DNA of 32,000 nt. It comes from Fibrobacter succinogenes subsp. succinogenes S85. Lineage in GTDB: Bacteria; Fibrobacterota; Fibrobacteria; Fibrobacterales; Fibrobacteraceae. The notes under the pieces are model-generated. The model had not been told where the DNA came from. It saw only the letters and a program-made list of their open reading frames with translations, and did not search any database. The translations under genes and the position numbers were made by a program. Below are positions 1 to 9,300 of this stretch, piece after piece. The stretch covers positions 600,001 to 632,000 of the forward strand of contig NC_017448.1 in the NCBI RefSeq assembly GCF_000146505.1, given 5' to 3'. Each line of letters begins with the position of its first letter. Position 1 is the stretch's first letter.

Positions 1-455
1 CCCGTTTTAGGGTTAATAAAGAAGTTGCCATCGTTCATATCCTGGTAGCTATAACCGTCGCGATGCAGGTCCAAAAACGATTTCACAAGTTGCATACAGG
101 CGTTCAGCTGGGCATTCACATCGGCAAAACGGGCAGTCACCAAGATGAACTTGCTCATGTCCACATAGCCTGCGGGGCGGATTTTCATCAAATAGCCAAA
201 TCCACCATTGGGGTCTTCGGCAACAGCCATCGGCCAAATAAAATGTTCGTTCGGCGTCTGGCGATTCGCATTGCGCTTCAGATTTTCACGGAAACGCTCA
301 CTCACCTTTTGCGTGTACCATTTTAACGCATACTCACTACCATTATAATTGACAGCGTAAACGATTCCCTGACCGCCACGACCCAATTCACGGACAACTT
401 GACAAGTGTCACCGCCAGCGAGCGCGACCACATCCCCTTTTTTCAATTCGGACAT
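1..455 (-). CDS. Ser/Thr protein kinase-like protein, N-terminal part (continues past the left edge of the window)
   Basis: Open-ended, so absent from the ORF track. ATG at 455-453 with GGGAGG about 8 nt upstream, and an uninterrupted frame down to position 3. The translation MSELKKGDVVALAGGDTCQVVRELGRGGQGIVYAVNYNGSEYALKWY...DLHRDGYSYQDMNDGNFFINPKT shows a Gly-rich loop, an ALK lysine motif and an HRD..N catalytic-loop-like segment. Confidence 0.6.
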   Translation of the reverse strand, partial: MSELKKGDVVALAGGDTCQVVRELGRGGQGIVYAVNYNGSEYALKWYTQKVSERFRENLKRNANRQTPNEHFIWPMAVAEDPNGGFGYLMKIRPAGYVDMSKFILVTARFADVNAQLNACMQLVKSFLDLHRDGYSYQDMNDGNFFINPKT

Positions 456-530
456 AAAGCCTCCCAAAAATTTTTTCTTCATACTTATCGACTTGAGGGG
501 GCTAAATGTCAAATTAATTTCAAGAAATAA

Positions 531-585
531 TGGAACCCGTCGCTACGCTTCAGGATGACAAGCGTCAGGATGACGAGCAATGACA
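531..585. repeat. REP-like intergenic repeat (GGAACCCGTCGCTACGCTTCAGGATGAC plus a second CAGGATGAC half-copy)
   Basis: Same family as the inverted pair at 27144-27211. GGAnnCC.TC.CTACG.TTC.GGATGAC aligns with GGATTCCTCACTACGTTCGGAATGAC. It lies between divergent genes. Confidence 0.5.
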
Positions 586-703
586 TTATAATAGGGGGTT
601 CTGAAAAAAAATTTTCGGCAGGACCTCCGAATGTCATTATATGACAGTGCAAAAAATTATTTTTGGGAACGCTTTCAAGTTCACCTCATCCAAGGAGTCG
701 CCC

Positions 704-1444
704 ATGATGAACACCCACACCACCGCAAACGAAGTCATGAACCTCATTGACCTCGCCCAGCACACCAAAAATGGCAAGGAAGGTTCCGATGCCATCAACA
801 AACTGTGGGACATCTTCGGCGACAAGGTCACCGGAATCACCATCAAGAAATCTTTTTCGCACGATTCCGACCATAGCATGCACGGCATGTCGGTCTACGA
901 ACGCCGTAACCAGCTCCAGGAACAGGCGTTTGACACATTCCGCAACGCCGTCTTGACATACGATGCCAGCACGAACGTGCCATTCATGGCTTACGTTTCG
1001 AAGAAAATCAACTGGCAGCAGCTTGACTTCAAGCGCAAGAACGCAAAGCACACCCATAACGAAAAAGCCACCGACTTTTCCATCGAAGGCGGCTCTTCCA
1101 TCTCAATGGACGATCCAAAAAACGCAGAAATGCTGGAAACCATGAACCACATTGACTTGGAATCACCCATGGCAGGCCGTTTTGTCGAGGATTTTGAAAA
1201 GCAGTCATACCTCGATGACATGGTCCACGTTCTCTTCGGCAAGCTCCAGAACGAAAAGAAGCTTCTTGAATTCGCCACCACATACTATGAAGTATGCCAG
1301 GAAGAAGACAAGGACACCGATGCCGAAGTCGCCAAAAGGATGGGCTGCACCCGCTCTTACGCAAGCCAGCTCCACAAAAAGCTCATCGCATTCTTGAGCA
1401 ACACCGATTTCGCCGACGACTGCCGCATGGCTCTTGCCGCATAA
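704..1444 (+). CDS. Divergent sigma-70 family RNA polymerase sigma factor (putative)
   Basis: ORF 641-1444. The preferred start is ATG 704, which has AAGGAG 7-12 nt upstream. Region-2-like segment FMAYVSKKINWQQLDFKRK and C-terminal HTH-like segment VAKRMGCTRSYASQLHKKLIAFL. The function is inferred from motif resemblance only. Confidence 0.45.
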   Translation: MMNTHTTANEVMNLIDLAQHTKNGKEGSDAINKLWDIFGDKVTGITIKKSFSHDSDHSMHGMSVYERRNQLQEQAFDTFRNAVLTYDASTNVPFMAYVSKKINWQQLDFKRKNAKHTHNEKATDFSIEGGSSISMDDPKNAEMLETMNHIDLESPMAGRFVEDFEKQSYLDDMVHVLFGKLQNEKKLLEFATTYYEVCQEEDKDTDAEVAKRMGCTRSYASQLHKKLIAFLSNTDFADDCRMALAA

Positions 1445-1462
1445 AAAATTTGATAAGAGAGG

Positions 1463-1495
1463 CTTTTTATAGCGTTTCACTATAAAAAGTCCCTT
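1463..1495 (+). terminator. AT-rich hairpin downstream of the sigma-like gene
   Basis: CTTTTTATAG (1463-1472) and CTATAAAAAG (1480-1489) are perfect reverse complements with a 7-nt loop. The downstream T tract is weak. Confidence 0.35.
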
Positions 1496-1542
1496 TTCAG
1501 AGTAGGTTTATAGGATTTTTCATTTTTTTTTAGAACTCCCCC

Positions 1543-1573
1543 TTGCCATGTGCAATTTTGATTGATATTTTTG
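1543..1573 (+). promoter_or_regulatory. Putative trp promoter (TTGCCA - 17 nt - TATTTTTG)
   Basis: Same -35/17/-10 geometry as the other promoters in this window. The -10 region fits TAnnTTTG. The predicted TSS falls at or next to the leader-peptide ATG at 1578. Confidence 0.4.
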
Positions 1574-1577
1574 TGTC

Positions 1578-1634
1578 ATGATGAATTTCGTAACAAATGC
1601 AACTCTCAACCGTCGTTGGTGGCGCGGACTCTAA
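1578..1634 (+). CDS. trpL: trp leader peptide MMNFVTNATLNRRWWRGL with tandem Trp codons
   Basis: 18-codon ORF about 150 nt upstream of trpE. The adjacent TGG TGG codons are at 1617-1622. It is followed by alternative hairpins and an intrinsic terminator. The ORF-track entry 1597-1791 is in another frame and is judged spurious. Confidence 0.7.
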   Translation: MMNFVTNATLNRRWWRGL

Positions 1635-1679
1635 CATAGAGCCCGGTATTTGTTACAAATCACCCAAGATTTTTAAGCA

Positions 1680-1712
1680 AAGGCTTCCGGACTCACGGAG
1701 GCCTTCCTTTTT
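1680..1712 (+). terminator. trp attenuator (intrinsic terminator)
   Basis: AAGGCTTCCG (1680-1689) pairs with CGGAGGCCTT (1696-1705): 10 bp including one G-U, loop GACTCA, then CCTTTTTACC. A competing antiterminator pairs GAGCCCGG (1639-1646) with CCGGACTC (1687-1694), 7 of 8 bp. The 1:2 hairpin GGACTCTA/TAGAGCC (1626-1643) spans the leader stop codon. Confidence 0.7.
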
Positions 1713-1787
1713 ACCGAAAATTGACGAAATCCTCCGGGAAATAAAGCCTTTGCGAAAGCAAACGAGTTTTAAAACTAGAGGATTAAA

Positions 1788-3233
1788 ATGACTAAGATTA
1801 CTCACATCACCGAACGCCCGGGTTACGCTCCGCGTACCGACAGCATTTACGTCGCTCTCCCCGGTGAACGTTACACCCCGTTTTCACTCGCCAAGAAGCT
1901 CGGCGCAAAGGCCATCTTCGAATCGGCAAGCTTTGACCACGGTCGTAGCCGTTATTCGACCTTGATGGTGGACGAAGGTTTTCGCCTGCGCCAGAACGAC
2001 AAGAACGTAAGCATTGTCGTGGATGGCAAGGAAAGCGAATTCTTGGCTGAGGGTGATGGTGACATTCTCGACGCCTTGCTCAAGATTTCAGCCGAAAATA
2101 CTGTGCCGCCCAACCAGATTCCTATTCCGTCTTCGGGCGTGGGCTACCTCGGCTACGAATTCTGCGCCCGTTGCGATACGATCCGCCTTGCTCCGCAGGT
2201 GGATGAACTCAACATTCCCGAAGCTGAATTTTTGGTCGGCCACATTTACATTGTATTCGACCACTTTACCGAAAAGCTACACTTGTTCGCCCTGAACTAC
2301 GAAGAACACCAAATTGACCTGAAGGCCGCAATTGAAAAGGTGAAGGCTCGCCTTGCAGACCTTGACTTCAGCTACCTCGCTCCGGAAAAGCAGTACAGCA
2401 AGGGCATCACGATGACCGACCTCGAACAGTCCCGCAAGGAATACGTGGAAAAGGTCGCCGCTTTGCAGAAGCACATCGTGGCAGGCAACATTGTTCAGGC
2501 TGTGCCATCTCGCCGCATCCAGTTCGCAAGCGATATCGAAGCCCTCGACATTTACCGCCGCCTCCGTACGGTGAACCCGTCTCCGTACATGTTCTTCTTG
2601 GATTACGGCACGCACCAGTTCATCGGCGCATCTCCGGAAAGCTTGATCCGCGTGCGTGAAGGCATCGCCACCATCCACCCGATTGCAGGTACCCGCCGCC
2701 GCGGTAAGGACGACGCAGAAGACGAAGCATTGATGAAGAATTTGAAGGGCGATCCGAAGGAACGCGCAGAACACTTGATGCTCGTAGACCTCGCCCGCAA
2801 CGACCTCGGCCGCGTTTGCGATGCCGGTACGGTCGAAACCACGAAGTACATGGAATGCGAAAAGTTCAGCCACGTGATTCACTTGGTCTCTGACGTGCAA
2901 GGCCGCGTTTCCAAGAACAAGAAGGCCATTGAAGTGCTGCGCTCCAGTTTCCCGGCAGGTACGGTGAGCGGCGCTCCGAAAATCAGCGCCATTGAAATTC
3001 TTTCTGGTCTCGAAAAAATCAAGCGTCGCTTCTACGCTGGCGCCGTGGGTTACATTGAATCGGACGGTGACTTGGATTTCTGTATTGCAATCCGTTGCTG
3101 CTTAAAGCAGGGCAAGACCATCAGCCTCCAGGCCGGTGGTGGCATTGTCGCGGCATCGAACGCCGACCGCGAATTTGAAGAAACGAATGAGAAACTGGGT
3201 GCCATCCGCGCCGTGCTCGAAGGAGAAAATTAA
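1788..3233 (+). CDS. trpE: Anthranilate synthase component I
   Basis: 481 aa with chorismate-binding family motifs: LMLVDLARNDLGRV, FPAGTVSGAPK, GGGIVA.S. GAGGA lies upstream of the ATG. Confidence 0.95.
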   Translation: MTKITHITERPGYAPRTDSIYVALPGERYTPFSLAKKLGAKAIFESASFDHGRSRYSTLMVDEGFRLRQNDKNVSIVVDGKESEFLAEGDGDILDALLKISAENTVPPNQIPIPSSGVGYLGYEFCARCDTIRLAPQVDELNIPEAEFLVGHIYIVFDHFTEKLHLFALNYEEHQIDLKAAIEKVKARLADLDFSYLAPEKQYSKGITMTDLEQSRKEYVEKVAALQKHIVAGNIVQAVPSRRIQFASDIEALDIYRRLRTVNPSPYMFFLDYGTHQFIGASPESLIRVREGIATIHPIAGTRRRGKDDAEDEALMKNLKGDPKERAEHLMLVDLARNDLGRVCDAGTVETTKYMECEKFSHVIHLVSDVQGRVSKNKKAIEVLRSSFPAGTVSGAPKISAIEILSGLEKIKRRFYAGAVGYIESDGDLDFCIAIRCCLKQGKTISLQAGGGIVAASNADREFEETNEKLGAIRAVLEGEN

Positions 3234-3234
3234 G

Positions 3235-4830
3235 ATGATCATCATTATTGACAACTACGATTCTTTTACTTATAACGTTTATCAGGCTTTGGCCAAGATT
3301 ACTACTGAAGAAATTCGCGTGCTCCGTAGCCGCGAATGCACCATTGCAGACATCGAAAAGTTGAACCCGAGCCGTCTCATTGTGAGCCCGGGTCCGGGTC
3401 GTCCAGAAGATGCAGGTATTTCCGTCGAAGCCATCAAGCACTTTGCAGGCAAGCTCCCGATTTTGGGCGTGTGCCTCGGCCACCAGGCTATCGGTTACGC
3501 CTTTGGCGCAAAGATTGTTCAAGCCAAGTTCATCAAGCACGGCATCGCCGAAGAAATCGACCTCGACGGCAAGGGACTTTTCCGCACCATCGGCAAGAAG
3601 AACATCTTCACGCGTTACCACAGCTTGGTCATCGACGAATCTACGCTCCCGGGCGATTTCGAAGTGACCGCCCGCGCAACAGACGGCGACATCATGGGTA
3701 TTCGCCACAAGACGCTCCCGATTGAAGGCGTACAGTTCCACCCGGAATCCATCGCTAGCGGCCGCGCCGACGAATTCTTCAAGGCTTTCCTCAACTACCG
3801 TCGCGAACCGCTCGATATCCGCGGAATCCTGAACACGCTTACTGCAGGCAAGGATTTGACTCGCGAAACCGCCGAAATGTTCATGGAAGACTTGACGGAC
3901 GGTATCATGGACGAACGCCAGATGGCCGCAATCCTTACCGCACTTTCCAGCAAGGGCCCTGTTGCCGATGAAATCGCCGGTTGCGCGAAGGTACTCAGCA
4001 GCAAGAAGCGCAAGTTCCCCTACAGCGGCGACGAACTCACCGATATCGTGGGTACCGGTGGCGACGGCAAGGGTAGCTTCAACGTGAGCTCTCTCTCCGG
4101 CCTTATCGCCGCAAGCTGTGGCGCCAAGATTGCCAAGCACGGCAACCGCGCGGTTTCGAGCAAGTCCGGTGCTGCCGACTTCTACACGGCTGCAGGTTTC
4201 AAGCTCGACATGACTCCGGAAAAGGCTGCAAGCGTCATTGACAAGACGAACTTTGTATTCCTCATGGCTCCGGTCTACCACAGCGCTATGCGTTTTGCAG
4301 GCCCGGTTCGTGGCGCACTCGGCGTGAAGACCATCATGAATTTGCTCGGCCCCCTCACGAACCCGGCCGAAGCTAAGTACCTCATGCTCGGCGTTTACAG
4401 CAAGTCGATTCTCGAACCGTTCACCAAGGCTGCAAAGTTCCTCGGTGCAAAGCGCGTGATGGTAGCCATCTCCGATGACGGCTACGACGAAATTTCTCCG
4501 TGCGTCCCGACGACCATTGCCGAAATCTTGGAAGACGGCGAGTATCGCGAATACCGCATTGACCCGAAGGAATTCGGCGTCCCGGCTGTGGACCCGGAAG
4601 ACCTCGCAGGCGGTACGGGCGTGGACAACTTCAACCTCGCTCTCGACGTGCTGAACGGCAAGGGCCGCCCGGGCATCAAGTACGCTTGCGCATTGAACGC
4701 CGGTGCAGCGCTTTACATCAGCAACAAGGCTGCAAGCATCAAGGAAGGCTTCGACAAGGCGATTAAGGCTATGGAAGACGGCTCTGTGCTGAAGAAAATC
4801 GAGGAAGTCAAAGTCGCTACAAACGCGTAA
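3235..4830 (+). CDS. trpGD: Bifunctional anthranilate synthase component II (glutamine amidotransferase) / anthranilate phosphoribosyltransferase
   Basis: The start is moved to ATG 3235 (MIIIIDNYDSFTYNVYQ...), 1 nt after the trpE stop, with AAGGAGAA upstream. The N-terminal GATase has GVCLGHQ and the HPES triad elements. The C-terminal TrpD has GTGGDGKGSFNVSS and KHGNRAVSSKSGAADF. Confidence 0.9.
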   Translation: MIIIIDNYDSFTYNVYQALAKITTEEIRVLRSRECTIADIEKLNPSRLIVSPGPGRPEDAGISVEAIKHFAGKLPILGVCLGHQAIGYAFGAKIVQAKFIKHGIAEEIDLDGKGLFRTIGKKNIFTRYHSLVIDESTLPGDFEVTARATDGDIMGIRHKTLPIEGVQFHPESIASGRADEFFKAFLNYRREPLDIRGILNTLTAGKDLTRETAEMFMEDLTDGIMDERQMAAILTALSSKGPVADEIAGCAKVLSSKKRKFPYSGDELTDIVGTGGDGKGSFNVSSLSGLIAASCGAKIAKHGNRAVSSKSGAADFYTAAGFKLDMTPEKAASVIDKTNFVFLMAPVYHSAMRFAGPVRGALGVKTIMNLLGPLTNPAEAKYLMLGVYSKSILEPFTKAAKFLGAKRVMVAISDDGYDEISPCVPTTIAEILEDGEYREYRIDPKEFGVPAVDPEDLAGGTGVDNFNLALDVLNGKGRPGIKYACALNAGAALYISNKAASIKEGFDKAIKAMEDGSVLKKIEEVKVATNA

Positions 4831-4890
4831 TGAGGTCGGTCGTGCTCGCTCCCTTTGGGGTATGAGCGCAGGCAACGTCCTTTGTGATAA

Positions 4891-4920
4891 GTGCTCCGAG
4901 AAATCGGGGTGCTTTTTTTA
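4891..4920 (+). terminator. Intrinsic terminator ending the trpE-trpGD unit
   Basis: GTGCTCCGA - GAAA - TCGGGGTGC (a stem with G-U pairs) followed by TTTTTTT. No trpC/F/B/A genes follow. Confidence 0.6.
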
Positions 4921-4950
4921 TCAGATTAACATTGTAAAAATGGTTACAAA

Positions 4951-5889
4951 CTACGCTTCTAACTGACTGCGAAGCACAACGATGTCTTCTAGAGAAAGAT
5001 CCGTGGTTGCGGCAATTTCCTCATCGGAAAGTTTACCGAGCTCTATCATTTTCTTCGCAAATTCGCGATTTCTATCAGAAATACGTTCTTCAATCTTCGC
5101 GTTGATGTCATCCGCGAATTCCTTGAAGATTCCCCGTCTCATGGCGTTATGGTCCCAGACCTTGTGATACATATTCCGATAAACCTCGAATTCTTTCTTG
5201 TTGAAGTTAGATACTTTCGCGCTCTCTGTCAAGTTCTTGAACTTTCCCTCGTCCAATTCTTCGGGGAGTTCCTTGAGCCGGTTCAAATAGCGGAAGAAAA
5301 AGAGCCATTTGCTTAGGTCGCTTGATGTCTTTTCAATGAAAAACGGAACCTTTGAAAGTTCGATAGCAGTAAAATTGTAGGTATCCACAAGCTGTTCTCC
5401 GCTTTCCAAATCGATTACCGTCGCACGGTGGACGGCACGTTCGTCAGGGAAAACAGAGAAACGCGTCAGAGCGATCACGTAGGTCGGCTGGATGTCGTAA
5501 TCCCAATACTGACCTGGTTCGGCCTGGTTCGCTACCATTTCGCTCGCGTAGAACGCAAGGCGCTTCATAAAGTTATCCACCTCGCGAATTTGCACTTCGA
5601 TCTCGATGAGACTCCCCAAATCGTCCTTGCAATGCAGATCGAAAATCGCCGTGCGCGATGCTTTGCTGCCACTCAAGTTCTTCGCCACGCTGCGGGTCCA
5701 TACATTTTTGATGGGCCGTTTGAGCTGCGGTTCCAGCAGGTCGTTCAGTAAATTAATGAGGTTGTTCCGGCTGGTGGGCTTATCCGGATCGAAGGCCTTC
5801 TTAAAGGCCAAATCCACTAGCAGGTTTGCATACGGGCTCGTTTCACCCGGCTTAACGATACAGTCCCTAAAGGACTTGCGTGCATTCAT
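4951..5889 (-). CDS. PD-(D/E)XK nuclease family protein (Rpn / putative-transposase-like)
   Basis: 312 aa. The N-terminus ...YANLLVDLAFKKAFDPDKPTSRNNLINLLNDLL and the core AIFDLHCKDDLGSLIEIEVQ (D...E.E.Q) resemble the PDDEXK_2/Rpn family that is multi-copy in FCB genomes. Confidence 0.7.
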   Translation of the reverse strand: MNARKSFRDCIVKPGETSPYANLLVDLAFKKAFDPDKPTSRNNLINLLNDLLEPQLKRPIKNVWTRSVAKNLSGSKASRTAIFDLHCKDDLGSLIEIEVQIREVDNFMKRLAFYASEMVANQAEPGQYWDYDIQPTYVIALTRFSVFPDERAVHRATVIDLESGEQLVDTYNFTAIELSKVPFFIEKTSSDLSKWLFFFRYLNRLKELPEELDEGKFKNLTESAKVSNFNKKEFEVYRNMYHKVWDHNAMRRGIFKEFADDINAKIEERISDRNREFAKKMIELGKLSDEEIAATTDLSLEDIVVLRSQLEA

Positions 5890-6020
5890 CTTTCACTCCT
5901 TCCGCCTACATGCTTAAAAAGGCGGGGCTTTAGTCATTTTCCTGTGTGCGCGAAAAACCACACTCTACACATTTGTACACTACAATATAAATTACGGAAT
6001 GGCGGTTGTCAAGAGGTCTT

Positions 6021-6104
6021 AAAAGAAAGAGGACGATGCTTTCGCACCGCCCTAAATGTTTTCACAACGGAATAATCCTTATTGTGAATTGCTTTCAGAT
6101 TATG
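6021..6104 (-). ncRNA. tracrRNA: tracrRNA (predicted)
   Basis: The minus-strand RNA reads CAUAAUCUGAAAGCAAUUCACAAUAAGGAUUAUUCCGUUGUGAAAACAUUUAGGGCGGUGCGAAAGCAUCGUCCUCUUUCUUUU. The anti-repeat AAUCUGAAAGCAAUUCACAA is perfectly complementary (20 nt) to the repeat end UUGUGAAUUGCUUUCAGAUU. It is followed by a nexus-like AAGGAUUAUUCCG (compare AAGGCUAGUCCG in S. pyogenes), a GAAA-capped GC hairpin (6031-6052) and a U tract. A promoter-like GTCACAA - 15 nt - TATATT lies upstream on the minus strand. The 5' end is approximate. Confidence 0.8.
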
Positions 6105-6342
6105 AAAATAATATAGTTAAAATTTTTGATTTGTGACTGATTTTTTATGAAAAAATTAAAATAGCCAAAAAAAAATTCGCAAATGTCACAATATGACAAG
6201 AAGAAAGTTTATATTTATGAGTTTATGTTGTTTTACATCATTCTATAAATTTGGCGTTTTTGTTGAAATTTTGCGGTTTTTTGTCTTTTTCACTCAAAAA
6301 AATGTTACTTTAATAGAAGAAAAATAAAAAAAAGGTTTATTC

Positions 6343-9300
6343 ATGAAAAAGATTCTTGGTTTGGATTTGGGAACCAATTCAATTGGTTGGGCTGTGGTGA
6401 ATGCGGATGAAATCACTCGTGATGACGGATCACGTTACTTAAAACCTAACGGTATTTCTGCTGCGGGTAGTAGAATAATCCCAATGTCCGCAGATATTCT
6501 TGGCGATTTTGAGAAGGGTAACTCAATTTCACAAACTGCAGAACGAACTCGGATGCGAATGGCTCGTCGTTTGCACGAAAGAGCTCTTTTAAGACGAGAA
6601 AGACTTCTGCGTGTTTTAAACCTTTTGGATTTTTTGCCGAAGCATTTTGCTGATAAAATTGATCGCTATGGTAAATTCACTGACGATAGTGAGCCCAAAT
6701 TAGCATGGCGCAAAAATACAGAAGGTAAATACGAATTCATTTTCCAAGACGCATTCAATGAAATGCTAGCCGAATTTAAAGACAAGCAACCAGAAATTGT
6801 CGAAGAAGGAAAGAAAATCCCCTATGATTGGACCATCTACTATCTTCGTAAAAAGGCTCTTGAGAAAGCTCTTTCAAAAGAAGAACTCTCTTGGATACTG
6901 CTCCAGTTTAACCAAAAGCGCGGTTATTATCAATTAAGAGGCGAAGAAGAGGAAATTCCTCAAGATAAGAAAATTGAATATTTAGCACAAAAAGTTGTTA
7001 AGGTAGAAGCAACCGATCAGAAGAAAGGCGATGATGTTTGGTACAATGTTTATCTTGAAAATGGAATGATCTATCGACGTACCAGTAAAGCACCCCTTGA
7101 TTGGGAAGGAAAAGTCAAAGAATTTATTGTAACGACAGAAGTCGAAAATGACGGTGAAACACCGAAAAAAGATAAAGAAGGGAACATCAAACGCTCTTTC
7201 CGCGCGCCCAAAGAAGATGACTGGACTCTTCTTAAAAAGAAAACCGAAGCCGATATTGAAAATAGTCATAAAACTGTGGGCTGCTACATTTATGATTCGT
7301 TACTAAACAACCCAAAACAAAAGATTATTGGAAAACTAGTCAGAACTGTTGAAAGAAAGTTCTATAAAGAGGAATTGACTCAGATACTTAAGAAACAAGT
7401 TGAGCTCATCCCCGAACTCCGCGATGACAATCTGTACAAACAGTGTATTGAAGAACTCTACCCCATCAACGAGGCTCATAGAAATACTATTGCAAAGACC
7501 GATTTTGCAAATCTTTTCATTAACGACATTTTATTCTATCAGCGCCCATTAAAAAGTAAAAAATCCCAAATTGACAACTGTCCTTACGAAGAGCGCATTT
7601 TCATTGATTCAAAAACAGGCGAAAAGAAAAAAGTTCCCGTAAAATGCATTGCAAAATCAAATCCGTTATTCCAGGAATTTAGACTTTGGCAATTCATTCA
7701 AAATTTGAGAATTTACCAGCGAGAAAAAGAAATCGATGGTAAACTTTTAACAGATATTGACATTACAAGTGAATGCTTGAAATCTGAAGAAGATTATGTA
7801 AGACTTTTTGACTGGCTAAACGACAGAGAAACCATCGAACAAGAAGATTTATTAAAGCATCTCTTTAATACCAAAAAATCAAAAAATAAAGAAAACCCAT
7901 ATCGATGGAATTATGTAGAAGATAAGGTTTATCCTTGCAACGAAACTCGTGCCACAATTTTGAAAGGATTTTCAAAATGTGGTATTAATGCATCAGTTCT
8001 TTCGCCTGAATTGGAAATGGCTTTATGGCACATACTTTATTCCGTTGAAGATAAAAAAGAAATCGAAACAGCCCTGACTCATTTTGCACAAAAACAAGGC
8101 TGGAACGATGATTTTGCAAAAGTATTTTCCAAAGCGAAGCCTTTCAAAAAAGACTATGGCTCTTATTCAGAAAAAGCAATAAAGAAGTTGCTTTCTCTTA
8201 TGCGAATGGGCAAATACTGGAACCAAGACAATATTGATAAAAACACTCTTGATAGGATTGATAAAATCATCAATGGCGAATATGATGAGAAAATCTCCAA
8301 TAGAGTCCGTGATAACGCAATTAACTTAAAAGACATAAGTGATTTTAGAGGCCTACCGGTCTGGCTTGCCTGCTACATCGTGTACGACAGACATTCCGAA
8401 GCCAAAGATTGTACCAAATGGAATTCTCCCGAGGAAATTGATTCTTATCTCAAGAAATTTAAACAACATTCCTTACGTAACCCAATCGTAGAACAGGTTG
8501 TCACAGAAACTCTGAGAACCGTTCGAGACATTTGGATTCAGGAAGAACAAATTGATGAAATCCATCTTGAACTTGGACGCGACTTAAAAAATCCTGCCGA
8601 TAAGCGCAAGAAAATGTCTGAAAATATCCTGAAGAACGAAAATACGAATTTGCGCATCAAGGCCATGCTAATGGAATTCATGAACCCCAGCATGGGCATT
8701 GAAAATGTTCGCCCGTATTCACCAAGCCAACAGGATATTCTGCGCATTTATGAAGAAAACGCTCTTGACAACCTAACTAAGGATGACAAGGACTTCGACT
8801 TTATTTCAAAAATTTCCAAACAGGCACAACCATCAAAAACAGATATTATCCGTTACAAATGTTGGCTCGAACAAAAGTATCGTTCCCCGTACACGGGTAA
8901 AACAATTTCGCTATCCAAGCTATTTACCCCGGCATACGAAATCGAACATGTTATTCCTCAGTCGCTTTATTTCGATGACTCTTTCAGTAACAAAGTTATT
9001 TGTGAAGCCGAAGTTAATAAACTTAAAGATCGCCAATTAGGATATAAATTCATTGCGGAACACCATGGAGAAAAGGTTCAATTAAGCCAAGGTGAAGTTG
9101 TCGAAATACTCTCCGTAGATGCTTATGAAAAATTTGTCAAAGAAAATTATGCGAACAATCGCATAAAGATGAAAAAATTATTGATGGAAAGCATCCCCGA
9201 CGAATTCATAGAGCGTCAGTTAAACGATAGCCGCTACATCAGTAAAGTTGTTAAAGGACTTTTGTCAAATATCGTTCGCGAAAAGATTGACGATGAAAAC

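Noticed and set aside
1597-1791. 64-aa ORF upstream of trpE
   Set aside because: It is in a different frame from the WW leader and runs through the attenuator hairpins and U tract. It has no SD and overlaps the trpE start.
3136-3234. 5'-extended starts offered by the ORF track (3136, 641, 15147, 15931, 18087, 23265, 26129, 27070, 27292)
   Set aside because: Each extension overlaps the upstream gene, a promoter or a terminator. Internal ATG/GTG codons with good SD sequences coincide with the conserved N-termini of the respective families.
3121-4875. 584-aa ORF on the minus strand covering the whole of trpGD
   Set aside because: It is antisense to a gene with unmistakable TrpG/TrpD motifs. 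The translation is Ala/Arg/Val-rich with no recognisable motif, which is typical of a stop-free shadow frame in GC-rich coding DNA. The same reasoning applies to 2277-2900.
6081-6150. Plus-strand tracrRNA reading toward cas9
   Set aside because: On the plus strand the anti-repeat would pair with the repeat 3' end, the part not retained with its own spacer. The downstream sequence is AT-rich, with no nexus, hairpin or terminator. The minus strand has all three.
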